Assembly: GCF_004010195.1 (NCBI RefSeq)
Contig: NC_057719.1
Span: 92,622,037-92,644,019, forward strand
Reading direction: 5' to 3'
Origin: Chiloscyllium plagiosum
Taxonomy: Eukaryota
DNA length: 21,983 nucleotides
The position numbers and the translations under genes are program-made. The first letter of the stretch is position 1, and every line of letters starts with the position of its first letter. The notes under the pieces are model-generated. The model worked only from the letters and a program-made list of their open reading frames with translations. It was not told where the DNA came from and ran no database searches. Positions 1-9,890 of the stretch are shown in pieces.

Positions 1-350
1 AGTTTTCTCCATAAAAGGGAAGAGTGAAAAGTAAGGTTGGATAGCTCCGGTAATAAATAATAACATTATATTTAATTAACAGTAGTAACTTAGCACTAAG
101 AAAATATCCAGGGTTGAAAAAATGGAAAATAGAATTATGGTGGATATGGATGAAAGGCAATAGCAAATAAACAAATATGGCAGATCAAAGCCTATGGCTG
201 TTGGGTTTGGAATTTATAGACAGAAATACCGAGGTTCAGAAACGTTTACATTGAGGGAAATGTAAATAGAGCCTGAAATGCATTTTTGTAACAAAGAAGA
301 ACTTTCTCTGTCATGTGTAATGATTTCCAACGACATTAGTAAGTTTTTTC

Positions 351-1193
351 AATGACAGGAAGGTTGGTGAAGTTTTGAGTAATGTGGTGGGCTATTGTCA
401 GTTGCAAAGACATGTTGATAGAGCTGACCTAGTAGATGGCAGAAGGAGTTTAAAACGGAAAAGTGTGAAGTCATTCAATTTGGAAGGTCGAATTTGAATG
501 CAGAATACGGGGTTAAAGGCAGGATTCTTGGCAGTGTGGAGGAACAGAGCGATCTTGGCGCTCATGTCCACAGAGCCCTCAAGTTGCTACCAAGGTTGAT
601 AGGATTGTTAAGAAGGCACCCGGTGTGGTGGCTTTCATTAGCAGGAGGATTGACTTTGAGAGCCTCGAGGTTATGTTGCAGTTCTGATCACATTGTTATC
701 GGAAAGATGTGGAAGCTTTCGAGAGGGTGCATTGGAGATTTACCAGGATGCTGCTTGTACTGGAGGGCATGTCCTATGCAGAAAGTTTGAGGGATCTAAG
801 GCTTTTCTCACTGGAGCGAAGAAGGATGAGAGGTGACTTAATACAGGTGTACAATTTGTTGAGAGGCATAAATAGAATGGATAACCCGAGACTTTTTCCA
901 AAAGCAGAAACGTCAATCACGAGGAGCCATAATTTTAAGGTCTTGCAGGCAGTTTTATGACTGATGTCAGAGGTAGGTTATTTACTCAGAGAGATTGGAA
1001 TACACTCCCACAGTGGTAGTAGAGTCAGAGACATTAGGGACATTTAAACGTTTGTTGGAAAGGCACATGAAAGTTATTCCAATGAAGTGTACGTAGATTA
1101 GTCTGATTTTGGAGTATGATAGAAGACTGGCACTACTTCAAGGGCCGAATGGCCTGTATTGTGTTACACTGTTCTATGTTCTTTATGTTCTAT
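351..1193 (+). mobile_element. CR1-clade LINE (HER1-like), 5'-truncated degenerate 3' end of ORF2 plus 3' UTR/tail
   Basis: Fragmentary translations match the CR1 ORF2 C-terminus: EKCEVIQFGRSNLNAEYGVKGRILGSVEEQSDLG and RFTRML..LEGMSY.E.LRDLRLFSLERRRMRGDLIQVY. It ends in GGCCGAATGGCCTGT followed by a TGTTCTA-type repeat tail. Frameshifts and stops throughout. Confidence 0.9.
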
Positions 1194-2351
1194 CACATCT
1201 TGGAGCATAATGTTCACCTGAGATATTTAGAAGTTTTTAGGTTGTCAGGAATCTGGAAAAAAGATGTTTTGCTGTGGTCTTTCTCATTGCCCTTTCATAT
1301 TGGCCTTTTAGGTTTTTGTGTCTGATGTTCGCATTATATTACTATTGTTTACTTTCAATAGAACTGAACTGAACTGAAGTGGAAATTTGCACACATGAAG
1401 TAAAATTACACGATGAAACCTGTAAACTTCAAATGAAAACACAGAGGAAGGAAACTCTTGATATTGGGGGGTTAGTGTACAGATCTGGACCGATCGTATG
1501 AAGTATCACTTAATTCACTGTACCTGTCTCAATATAATGTAACTAATCAAGAGTAAATCAAATCTTGATGAATTGTACTTCTCATCTCTGGTAGTTAGCA
1601 CTCAAGACCACTTACGTCCACAGCAAATTAATTACCAATATCCAGTTCAAATGTATGGAACTGGATCTGGATCCTCTGATAGTAATCATGCTGAGCTACA
1701 TGACACCATATTACACAGACAGTAACCATCTTGAATGATGACATCTTCACACACCACATCAACTTCGACATGTTCAACAATAAATGCAAATGTTCTTATC
1801 CAAATACATCTCTACAGAATGGAGCAACATGAACTTTAACAAGCTAAACTGAACGAAACATAATGAGCTGCAAAATTTACCAAAACAGATTTTTTTCAAG
1901 GCTGCTGTACTATATTAGAATGTTGTGCACATGGTCAGCTAGTTGGAGACTATTTCACACTTTCAAGGGGATGTGCATTTATGTGTAGGACGTCACATTG
2001 ACTGCAGCTTAACAATCTACAGAAGGGAAAGTTATGTCACTTAATTTTTATTGCATCAAAATGTATCTGCTTTTATATTCCATGCCAAAAGCCATGTATA
2101 TTGTGCACAACTCGTTTAAAGTTGGGTACTACTCAAGTGCAAAATTCGTTGAAACCATTGCTAAAACCTAAAAAAATTGTATCATTTATGAAGGACTTCA
2201 GCAATGATAATATTTTTGTCATTGGGTATTTCACAGCGGAGCTTGGTCAGCAACGCCTTAAAGGCCAGTGATTTCATCATACTGTAAAGATGAGCATGAT
2301 GTTATTCATTATTTGTTCAAATTAGTGCAGTCTGGTAGACAATGAAAACAT

Positions 2352-2386
2352 CTAATTAGCTCCCTCAAGTCTGCCATCAGTATATA
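2352..2386 (+). promoter_or_regulatory. Candidate proximal promoter of the GPCR: palindromic homeodomain-type site CTAATTAG (2352-2359) and TATA-like TATATA (2381-2386)
   Basis: The motifs lie 50-90 bp upstream of the exon 1 ATG at 2438. Short motifs in AT-rich DNA, so support is weak. Confidence 0.25.
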
Positions 2387-2437
2387 CTCGTGAATATTTC
2401 AGTGCAGTTCACATCACTCTCAGAGCTTCTGATAGAA

Positions 2438-2507
2438 ATGCATGTCTCACTCAAAGGCCTGATCTTTGCAATTTACTATCCCGCTCTCGCTATTGTCGGG
2501 ATCCCAG
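2438..2507 (+). CDS. Coding exon 1 of a GPR139-like class A GPCR (MHVSLKGLIFAIYYPALAIVGIP + G)
   Basis: ATG at 2438 in GAAATGC context, then 23 codons plus 1 nt, then donor CAG|GTAGAG at 2508. It encodes the first half of TM1 (YY...G.P, like GPR139 VYYSLLLCLGLP) and splices in frame (G|CA = Ala) to exon 2. Confidence 0.9.
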
Positions 2508-3582
2508 GTAGAGTATTAGAAAAAGTAATTCATTTTTGATATCATTTATTTGCCGAATTATCTTTATCCGTACTCTTATGATTACCAAATCCCAACGATT
2601 CAAATAAACTTGCTCTTCTTCGCTCAAAGTGTATAATTTTTACAATTTAATGGCAAATATTTTTCTCTCTATTTCGAATGGTTCCTCCCATTTGCAGCAT
2701 TCTTTTCTCCAGTGAACATTATTTCAAATTCATGCTCATTGTATAGCATCTGTTGTATCATTGAACTGCTTTGGTGACATATTTTCGATACTTTAAATAT
2801 ATAGTTTCTCCATTTCATTGTCCACTTACTCTCCCATGTTACAATGATAATTAATTTGCCTTTCATTCACTCTAAACACGGACAGTAAATTTATTGTCGA
2901 TAATTGTAATTTTTGTCAACTGAAATAGTTTATTACGTTTATATTTTTCAATCTAACAATTCCAGTAATGTAATTTCTCAACTTGTGTTGCTGTCGCTGT
3001 CAGTATGAATTATCACAATGTTTCATTTTCATAAATTAATTCTATTCCGTTATTGATCTACCCACTGCATGCAAAATTAACTGTCATCCTGGAATTCATG
3101 CACCTCGATTATGCTGCGGGTATTGCTTCTGTTAGTGAATTCTTGTTGCTTTCACTGTTTCCATTCTGTGATTCCATTCTGTCACCAACTCCGTCCCTGA
3201 GGATGAGACGTTTTCTTTTTTATCTTATTGTAAATGTAATTCTCTTGTATTATTAACTGTTGTGCTGTGTAAATTTTCAGACCGCAGGTAAGGTGTACAC
3301 ATATTTGTGATTATTGCGAAGAAAACTTCTATACTGATTGTTATCACACTGAATGAGACTGTCTGTTGTGGGATTGAAATGCTTGATTTCCACAATTACT
3401 TATTGAGTTCAGTCTTCTTTTCGTAAATACATCACTTGAAAGAATACTATAAGACATACAATAGTTGAAAAAATACAAACATGAAAGATTTGATTGTTTT
3501 AAAAGTGAATATATTTATTAAAATTCACAGAATGCAATACTTAGCTTTTAAATCTAAAAACAAGACACCATTTAAATCCGAA

Positions 3583-3612
3583 GCTGTGCATCTCTATGAC
3601 TCTATGACTCTA
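3583..3612 (+). repeat. Extremely 5'-truncated CR1-type tail remnant (GCTGTGCATCTCTATGACTCTATGACTCTA)
   Basis: Nearly the reverse complement of the CR1 3' terminus at 21124-21150 (AGAGTCATAGAGTCATAGAGATGTACAGC), with the 8-nt TCTATGAC unit. Confidence 0.6.
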
Positions 3613-4019
3613 GAATAGTTGCTGACAGGTTCACAGTGTCTTTGCTGTGTGGTGTGCTATGTTGATCTTTTGTTCAGAACAGTTGGAAATTTTTATTCAT
3701 TCCTCGATTTTATTGAGGCTGGGTAACTCCAAGCATCTCAAGCAACTAAATAAATAGTTTCAATATCAACTATGGAGTAAACCTGTCATTCCTACCAATA
3801 GGGTAGAGTACTACTGACAAAGGGTTGCATTATAGGTGTGATGCCACTTGAATGAAACGTGATCAGCCAATAGTTTCGTTTACTCACTTTGACGCTATGC
3901 TTAATAGGTGTCTTATTTGTGATGTTGCTGGTATTAGCACTATATACTCGCTTTTAGTCTGCTCTTAAGGTCAAAATATCTGAATCAGTCACTAGTCTTG
4001 ATATATTAAGGTCTTCTAA

Positions 4020-4100
4020 AGTTCTAAAAAAAGGGTCACTGGACCCAAAATGCTAACTCTGCTTTCTTTACACAGATGCTGCCAGACATACTGAAATTCT
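4020..4100 (+). mobile_element. Penelope-like element terminal fragment (degenerate), intronic
   Basis: AGGGTCACTGGACCCAAAATGCTAACTCTGCTTTC...ACAGATGCTGCCAGAC resembles the abundant shark PLE-associated terminal repeat. A related reverse-oriented copy lies at 9582-9670. Confidence 0.55.
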
Positions 4101-4584
4101 TTTTGAGAAATCTTTGTCTTTGTTTATAAACTGCTTTAATTCTGTTTCTCTTACTTTGTCAATGATGTCCAACTTTGCACTAAATAACTTAATTACAGAT
4201 AAAATAGTTACAGAAGTTGTCTGTTCTCGTGTATGTGACACACCTCATCAACTCCCTGCCACCTTCGCTTCAATGCATGACATTCATCTTTTTCACTTGT
4301 TCTTTGCATCATTCTTAATTTCCTCTGTTGGTGATCTGTACTATGTTTTTACAACTCAGGTGAAAATTTTCAGCATAGACACATGTTGTCACATGTAATT
4401 GGCAGTAACCAAATTTCAATTAAATTTTGAAGTTTAACAATTCAACTCCAATCCTTAAGATAGATTGTTGTTTGTTCGTAAAACTTCAGTTGTCATTTGA
4501 ATACCTGTCACCCTCTTTCTCTCAATCACATTGGCACATAAGCAGTCTGACATCTTCCTTTGTTATCTTCATTCTTTGTTACAG

Positions 4585-5492
4585 CAAACCTGGCAGTGAT
4601 TGTGATCCTCTCCCGAGGAAGATGCAGTCTCTCCAGATGTATCACATATTACATGATATCAATGGCGGTGCCGGATCTGTTGCTCATGATCACGGCTGTG
4701 ATATTAAACAGGATTGCTGGCATTTATTTCCCACTTAGTTTCTTGTCTATCACGCCAGTATGTAGTCTCCGTTCTGTCTTAAACTATGGAATTATAGATT
4801 GTTCTGTCTGGTTAACAGTCGCCTTCACTTTTGATCGATTTGTGGCCATTTGTTGCCAGAAGTTAAAAATAAAATATTGCACAGAGAAAACAGCAATTTT
4901 GATCATAGGAACTGTGTGCACATTGAGTTGTATAAAAAATAGTTTCCTGTATCTTATATATGAACCTGTGTACATAACCGACAACATACCCTGGCTCTGT
5001 GGGATGAAATCAATGTTTTATACTTCACCATTTTGGATCGCATTTGACTGGACTCACCACATTTTAACCCCTTGTCTTCCATTCATTCTGATTTTGCTAC
5101 TGAATGCTCTGACCGTAAGACACATTGTAGCTGCCAGTAAGTCCCGTGGGAGACTGCACATCAAGAGAAGTGGAGAAAATCAGAGTGACCCTGAGATGGA
5201 GAAGCGAAAGAGGTCCATTATTTTACTGTTTGCAATCTCGGGTAGCTTCATCCTTTTATATTCACTGCTTCTTATAACCTTCCTCTATGTACGAATTGCA
5301 AGAGTTAGTTACTTCTCTGGTTCGAATTTTGATGAATCAAACTTTATTCTGGACGAAACTGGATTCATGCTTCAGCTTTTGAGTTCCTGTGTCAACCCAT
5401 TTATTTATGCAGGGACCCAGAATAAATTCAGAGAGGAGTTAAAGAATGGGGTCAAATATCCTGTGCATCGAATTATTAAATTATTCAAATGA
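4585..5492 (+). CDS. Coding exon 2 of a GPR139/GPR142-like orphan class A (rhodopsin-family) GPCR; spliced product 325 aa
   Basis: Uninterrupted frame with 7TM hydropathy: ANL (N1.50), MAVPDL (D2.50), TM3 Cys, AFTFDRFVAIC (DRY variant), ECL2 WLC, TM5 LTPCLPF, TM7 SCVNPFIY (NPxxY), helix 8 KFREEL, TGA at 5490-5492. It is too divergent to call the GPR139 orthologue, so no symbol is given. Confidence 0.93.
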
Positions 5493-5499
5493 TGGAGAC

Positions 5500-5505
5500 A
5501 ATAAA
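5500..5505 (+). terminator. Candidate polyadenylation signal AATAAA just after the GPCR stop codon
   Basis: Canonical hexamer 7 nt after the TGA, followed by T-rich sequence. Use is unproven. Confidence 0.35.
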
Positions 5506-6107
5506 ATTCTACTTGAATTTTGTAAGCGCTATGTGACGATTGCACAGATTCAGGAACATCCCTTACTGCAAGATTCCATGTCATAATTTAGTCCCATGTA
5601 ATTTTCAATTCTCTTTCCTATGCCAGCTCAGACTTCATGTATTTCCTGCTGCACTAACTGCCTAGGGAAATGGAACATTCATGTAAGGGCTGCAGTGCAA
5701 CGTATATTCTGTACATTTTATAGTTTTATAGTGATAAAGGCAGGAGGAGACCATCTGGCCCATCGAGCTTGCTCCACCATTCATTAACATAATGAGTGAT
5801 CTATCCATTGTCTCAGCTCCTTCTACTTGCATTATCCCCATAACCCTTAATTTCCCTACCATGCAAAATCTTACCCAACTGTGTGTTGAAAATCTTGAAT
5901 GAATCTCTACTGTTTCCCTGGCAGAGAATTCCACCATAGATTCACTACTCCCTGGGAAAAGCAATTTCTCCTCATCTCTGTCCTAAATCTACTCCCTCAA
6001 CCTTGAGGCCATGTGCCCTTGTCCTCGTCTCAACCAGAAGTGGAAACAGCTTCCCTGCGTCTAACTTACCTATCTTTTTCATAATTTTATATGTTTTTAT
6101 AAGATCC

Positions 6108-6558
6108 TTGGAATGGTAGTAGATGGGAAGTATTCAGCCTGGAGATTGGTGATCAGTGGTGTTCTAAGGGAGCGGCACCCAAGAATGAGAGATAAATTGA
6201 TAGATGTATTCGATGGTAAGCGGCATAGATCGAGTGGAGACCCTAGAATTTTCCCAGGGCGGATATGGCTATCATGAGGAGGCATACTTTTAATATTATT
6301 GGAGCAAAGTTGAGGGGAGATGTCAGAGGTAGGTTCTTTACACAGAGATTGGTGGTTGCGTGGCATGCACTGCCAGCGGTGGTAGCAGAGTCACATACAT
6401 TATAGGCATTTGAGAGACCCTTGGTTAGGCACATGCATGATAGCAAAATATAGGGCACGTAGGTTAGTTGTATCTGAGACTAAGATAAAAGATAGGCACA
6501 ACATTGAGGACCAAAGGGCCTGTACCGTGCTCTTCTATGTTCTATGTCATATGTTCTG
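6108..6558 (+). mobile_element. CR1-clade LINE 3' fragment nested in opposite orientation inside the 5720-7490 LINE
   Basis: Similar to the 351-1193 copy (GATGTCAGAGGTAGGTT, GGTGGTAGCAGAGTCA, TATGTTC-type tail). It is flanked by a short TCC repeat (6105-6107 and 6559-6561). Confidence 0.85.
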
Positions 6559-7087
6559 TCCCCTCTCATTCTTCTAAATTCTAGCGAGTATAATCCCAGG
6601 TGACTCAACCTCTCCTCATAGGGTAATGCCCTCATCTCCAGAATCAATGTACTGAGTTTCCTCTGCACCACTTTCAAAGCCAATTTATCCTTCCTTGAGT
6701 AAGAAGACCAGAACTGCTCACAATATTCCGGTGCGGCCTTACCAACACCTTGTACAATTGCAGCAGAACCTCCTTGTTCTTCAATTAAATTTCTCTCGTA
6801 ATGAAAACCATCATTACGTTTACTTCCCTGATTACCTGTTGGATCTGCAAATCAACTTTTCCAGATTCATGTATGAGTACTCCTAAGTTCCCCTGCTGAA
6901 AAACATGCTGCAATTTTTAACCGTGTCAATAATACTCTGATCTATGTTTATTACTATCAGAGTGGATAACCTCATATCTCTCAACATTGTACTCCAGCTG
7001 TCAGACCCTTGCCCACTCACTTAAACTAAGTGAATCTCTCTGAAAACCTTCCACATCCTCTGCACAGTTTGCCTTTCCTCTCAATGT

Positions 7088-7393
7088 GGGTGGCACGGTG
7101 GCACAGTGGTTACCACTGTTGCTTCTTAGCGCCAGAGACCCGCATTCAATTCCTGCCTTAGGCGACTGACTGTGGGGAGTTTGTATGTTCTCCTCGTGTC
7201 TGCATGGGTTTCCTCCAGGTGCTCCGGTTTCCTCCCACAGTCTAAAAATGTGCTGGTTAGGTGAATTGGCCATGCTAAATTGCCCGTAGTGTTAAGTGAA
7301 CGGGTATATGTAGGGGAATGGGTCTGGGTGGGTTGTGCTTCGGTGTGGACTTGTTGGGCCGAAGGGCCTGTTTCCACACTGTAAGTAATCTAA
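7088..7393 (+). mobile_element. HE1-like tRNA-derived V-SINE
   Basis: Head GGGTGGCACGGTGGCACAGTGGTT with A/B-box-like motifs, central V-domain GGGTTTCCTCCAGGTGCTCCGGTTTCCTCCCACAGTC, and CR1-derived tail GGGCCGAAGGGCCTGTTTCCACACTGTA. TCAAT flanks both sides (7081-7085, 7394-7398). Confidence 0.92.
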
Positions 7394-7660
7394 TCAATTT
7401 AGAGTCATCAGCAAACTTGGATACTATAAACTCGGTCTCCTCTTCCAAATAATTTATATGTATCATGAACAGTTGCGGGGTGAACATCACGTACTGCTGT
7501 TCCTGTTTCAGTCAAGGGACATCAATAAGCTGGTTTGGCATGGAAAGTAAGTCATAACATGTACTAGAAAAATGACCTGTCTGCAGTCAATTATTGTAAA
7601 TCATTGATCACCAGGCAGCATCAGAACGCCTGCTGAAATAAACACACACACACAAAACAA

Positions 7661-8045
7661 CAATAGCAATAAAAACAACAACAAATTACAGCAGCAAGTA
7701 TCTAAACATCACCATCAGTAAGTCCAATTTCTGAACTGGTTCATGAAGCACAGAAATAAAAATACTTGCTTCCTTATAGTTATGTTTTGTTGAAATTTCT
7801 CACATCTGGCCAATTTGCATTTTATCCATTTAACCTCTTCCTTCATAACTCCAATAGCAATAAAAACAACAACAAATTACGGCAGCAAGTATCTAAACAT
7901 CACCTCATTCAGTAAGTCCAATTTCTGAACTGGTTCATAAAGCACAGAAATAAAAATACCTGCTTCCTTATAGTTATGTTTTGTTGAAATTTCTCACATC
8001 TGGCCAATTTGCATTTTATCCATTTAACCTCTTCCTTCATAACTC
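7661..8045. repeat. Head-to-tail tandem duplication (7661-7851 and 7852-8045)
   Basis: Copies of 191 and 194 bp that differ by about 3 substitutions and a small indel. Confidence 0.95.
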
Positions 8046-8462
8046 TAGATTAGTCTGTTTTGTAAATTGAGCACGAAGTGTTATCTTTGACGAGAAGTTC
8101 AGCTTTGTACAGGCACTACGAAAGGTTTTCTCTTCTCCTTCTGTATTGGAGAAAATGGATCAAATTCTCATGGAAAACATTATTTCACCTTTAGAGGCAG
8201 TCAAGCAACAGCAAAATCACCCCTCTATATTGCAAATACAGTATCGTTAATTCATAGATATTTTACACGTATCAAGGCGATACAAAAACGAAATAATCAA
8301 ATAAACTCAAGGCCTAGCCTCCTAATTTCATTTTTTGTACAACGTTTTTGTGTCCATAACGATAATTAGTTGTCTATTAGAAAAGGTAACATAGAGGAGG
8401 CACAATGCCTCAACACTTTAAAATCTATGTTTATATTTAAGTACCTATAATCTTCCCCGTAA

Positions 8463-8625
8463 TTTTGCAATGTCCAAAGTAGGTGGGAAGGCAAGTAGTG
8501 AGAATGATACGAAGTAATGTAGATGTTACTAAAAGTCCACAAGGGACATAGGTAGGTTATCTGATTAGAAACATTCTTGACAGAGGAAATTTAACGTAAG
8601 AAAATGTTAGTTCATACATGTTGGT
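8463..8625 (+). mobile_element. Old CR1 RT fragment
   Basis: Degenerate match to FADDTKVGGKASS...LQRDIDRLS.W...WQMEFNV.KC.VIH. Confidence 0.6.
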
Positions 8626-9079
8626 ACTTAAACTCAATGTGTAAATACCTTGTGGTTGAAATTAGCTATGATAAATGAGATTTAAATAAAAACAATACAG
8701 TTCAAAAGCAGGACAGAGTACAGAATGTCTACGAAGACGTTTAGAAAGAGCATGCCTAAAAGTCAACCAGAAAGATTTTAAAACGTTAAATGAGCTAATA
8801 GAAATGTTTAAATATGAAACTGATTTACACAGCGATCATTGGCCAAAAAGAAAATTTGATTGGATATCTAATAATAGAAAAGAAACATTATCATTTGTTG
8901 AGGTATATTGCATCATTCTTCACTATAGAGGATGGATCAGATGTTCCAGAAGCACAATAAGTAAGGAAGAAGAAAGGAAAGGCTGACTATGGGAGACCAT
9001 AAATATCAAAGAAATGGCACTGAGCAATTTCTTTGGAGTGGTTAGCTGTAATATTCGATTCCTAGCCAGTCTTATTCGA

Positions 9080-9580
9080 AGGACTTTAAGGAAGTGACAA
9101 CTGAGATTTTTCAGAGAGGTCCCGTTAGATTCTAAAATGAATACAACTCCGTTATTCTAAAATTAGAAGAAAGACTGAATGCACGAGACCATAAAACGAT
9201 GAACTTAACATCTGCTGCAATGAAACTGTGAGAATCTATTTTTAATTCGTTTATCAGGGCAACTAGATATTTTTAAGGTGTCCCTGTCGACTCAACATGG
9301 TTTACTGAAGAGATAATTTTCAAAAACAATTGATTACATTTCTTAGGGGAGTAAGTACGTGATGTGAATGGAGGGACCCTGTGGGCACACTGTAACGAGA
9401 TTCCCGGAAGACACTTTATAAGATGCCAGATCAAATGGCCTTGCAGTAGGTGCAAGCTAATATTGTAAGGAATCGGATACTGGTTTGCAGAGAAATTTGA
9501 CTTGTAATGGAAGGATAGTGTGATCGCAATTGCATGCTTTTCAGTTTGGCAGCATGTAGTGTATAGAGCATCACATGGGA
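9080..9580 (+). mobile_element. Old, heavily decayed CR1 RT N-terminal fragment
   Basis: Degenerate LKEV..EI, TPLF, LTS..MKL.ESI, QHG, and remnants of DFQKAFDKVP. Confidence 0.55.
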
Positions 9581-9581
9581 G

Positions 9582-9700
9582 GAACAAAAGCAGAAATTGT
9601 TGAATAGCACTTAACCGGTCTGATAGCATCTGTTGGAAGAAAATAGGATTTTAACGTGCCAGGTCCATTCCTGAAGAAGGCTCATGTGACACAAGCATAG
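9582..9700 (-). mobile_element. Penelope-like terminal fragment(s)
   Basis: AACAAAAGCAGAAATTGTTG...GGTCTGATAGCATCTGT...TTAACGT is related to the reverse complement of 4020-4100. It is followed by TTCCTGAAGAAGG. Confidence 0.5.
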
Positions 9701-9890
9701 TACGCCTCCCTCTGGGCCAAAATGCTTGGGTTCTGATCCGACTAACTCCAGAGGACATTGTAAAAAAATCTTACCTTGATTTGTATAAATCTAGTTTCCA
9801 TTCTCAAACATACATGTGGTTGTTAATAATGTGTTCAATGACTCTATCAGTGGTCGGTGAATTGTCATCCAACATTGTGGTATAAATGTT

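Larger units (their letters stand above)
2508..4584 (+). other. Phase-1 GT-AG intron (2077 bp) of the GPCR gene
   Basis: GTAGAG donor at 2508. Polypyrimidine tract and acceptor TTATCTTCATTCTTTGTTACAG end at 4584. Joining restores TM1 G-I-P-A-N-L with N1.50. Confidence 0.88.
5720..7490 (-). mobile_element. CR1-clade LINE, 5'-truncated ORF2 3' portion, interrupted by two younger insertions
   Basis: Minus-strand translations FMIHINYLEEETEFIVSKFADDSKL (RT catalytic FADD) and LPYEERLSHLGLYSLEFRRMRGD. The RGD|LI join is split by the 6108-6558 insertion. Confidence 0.9.

Noticed and set aside
1361..1378. Short (GAACT)n run, and (CA)n near 7643-7654
   Set aside because: Ordinary short microsatellites.
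3053..3256. Hydrophobic 67-aa intronic ORF as a second GPCR exon 1
   Set aside because: It has no YYP..G.P TM1 pattern and no suitable GT donor. T-rich DNA readily yields hydrophobic ORFs.
3633..3639. CACAGTG heptamer as a V(D)J recombination signal
   Set aside because: No ACAAAAACC-like nonamer at 12 or 23 bp, and no Ig/TCR coding segment nearby.
4560..4584. ORF-track start (TTG; MLSSFFVT) as the GPCR N-terminus
   Set aside because: This is the intron polypyrimidine tract and acceptor. TM1 would be incomplete, and a proper ATG exon exists at 2438-2507.
4427..4987. Overlapping ORFs 4427-4738 (+) and 4784-4987 (-)
   Set aside because: They are alternate-frame and antisense shadows of the GPCR exon with no recognisable motifs.
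7088..7165. tRNA genes at SINE heads (also 9891 and 19252)
   Set aside because: A/B boxes are present but run into V-SINE bodies and LINE-derived tails. No full cloverleaf could be built.
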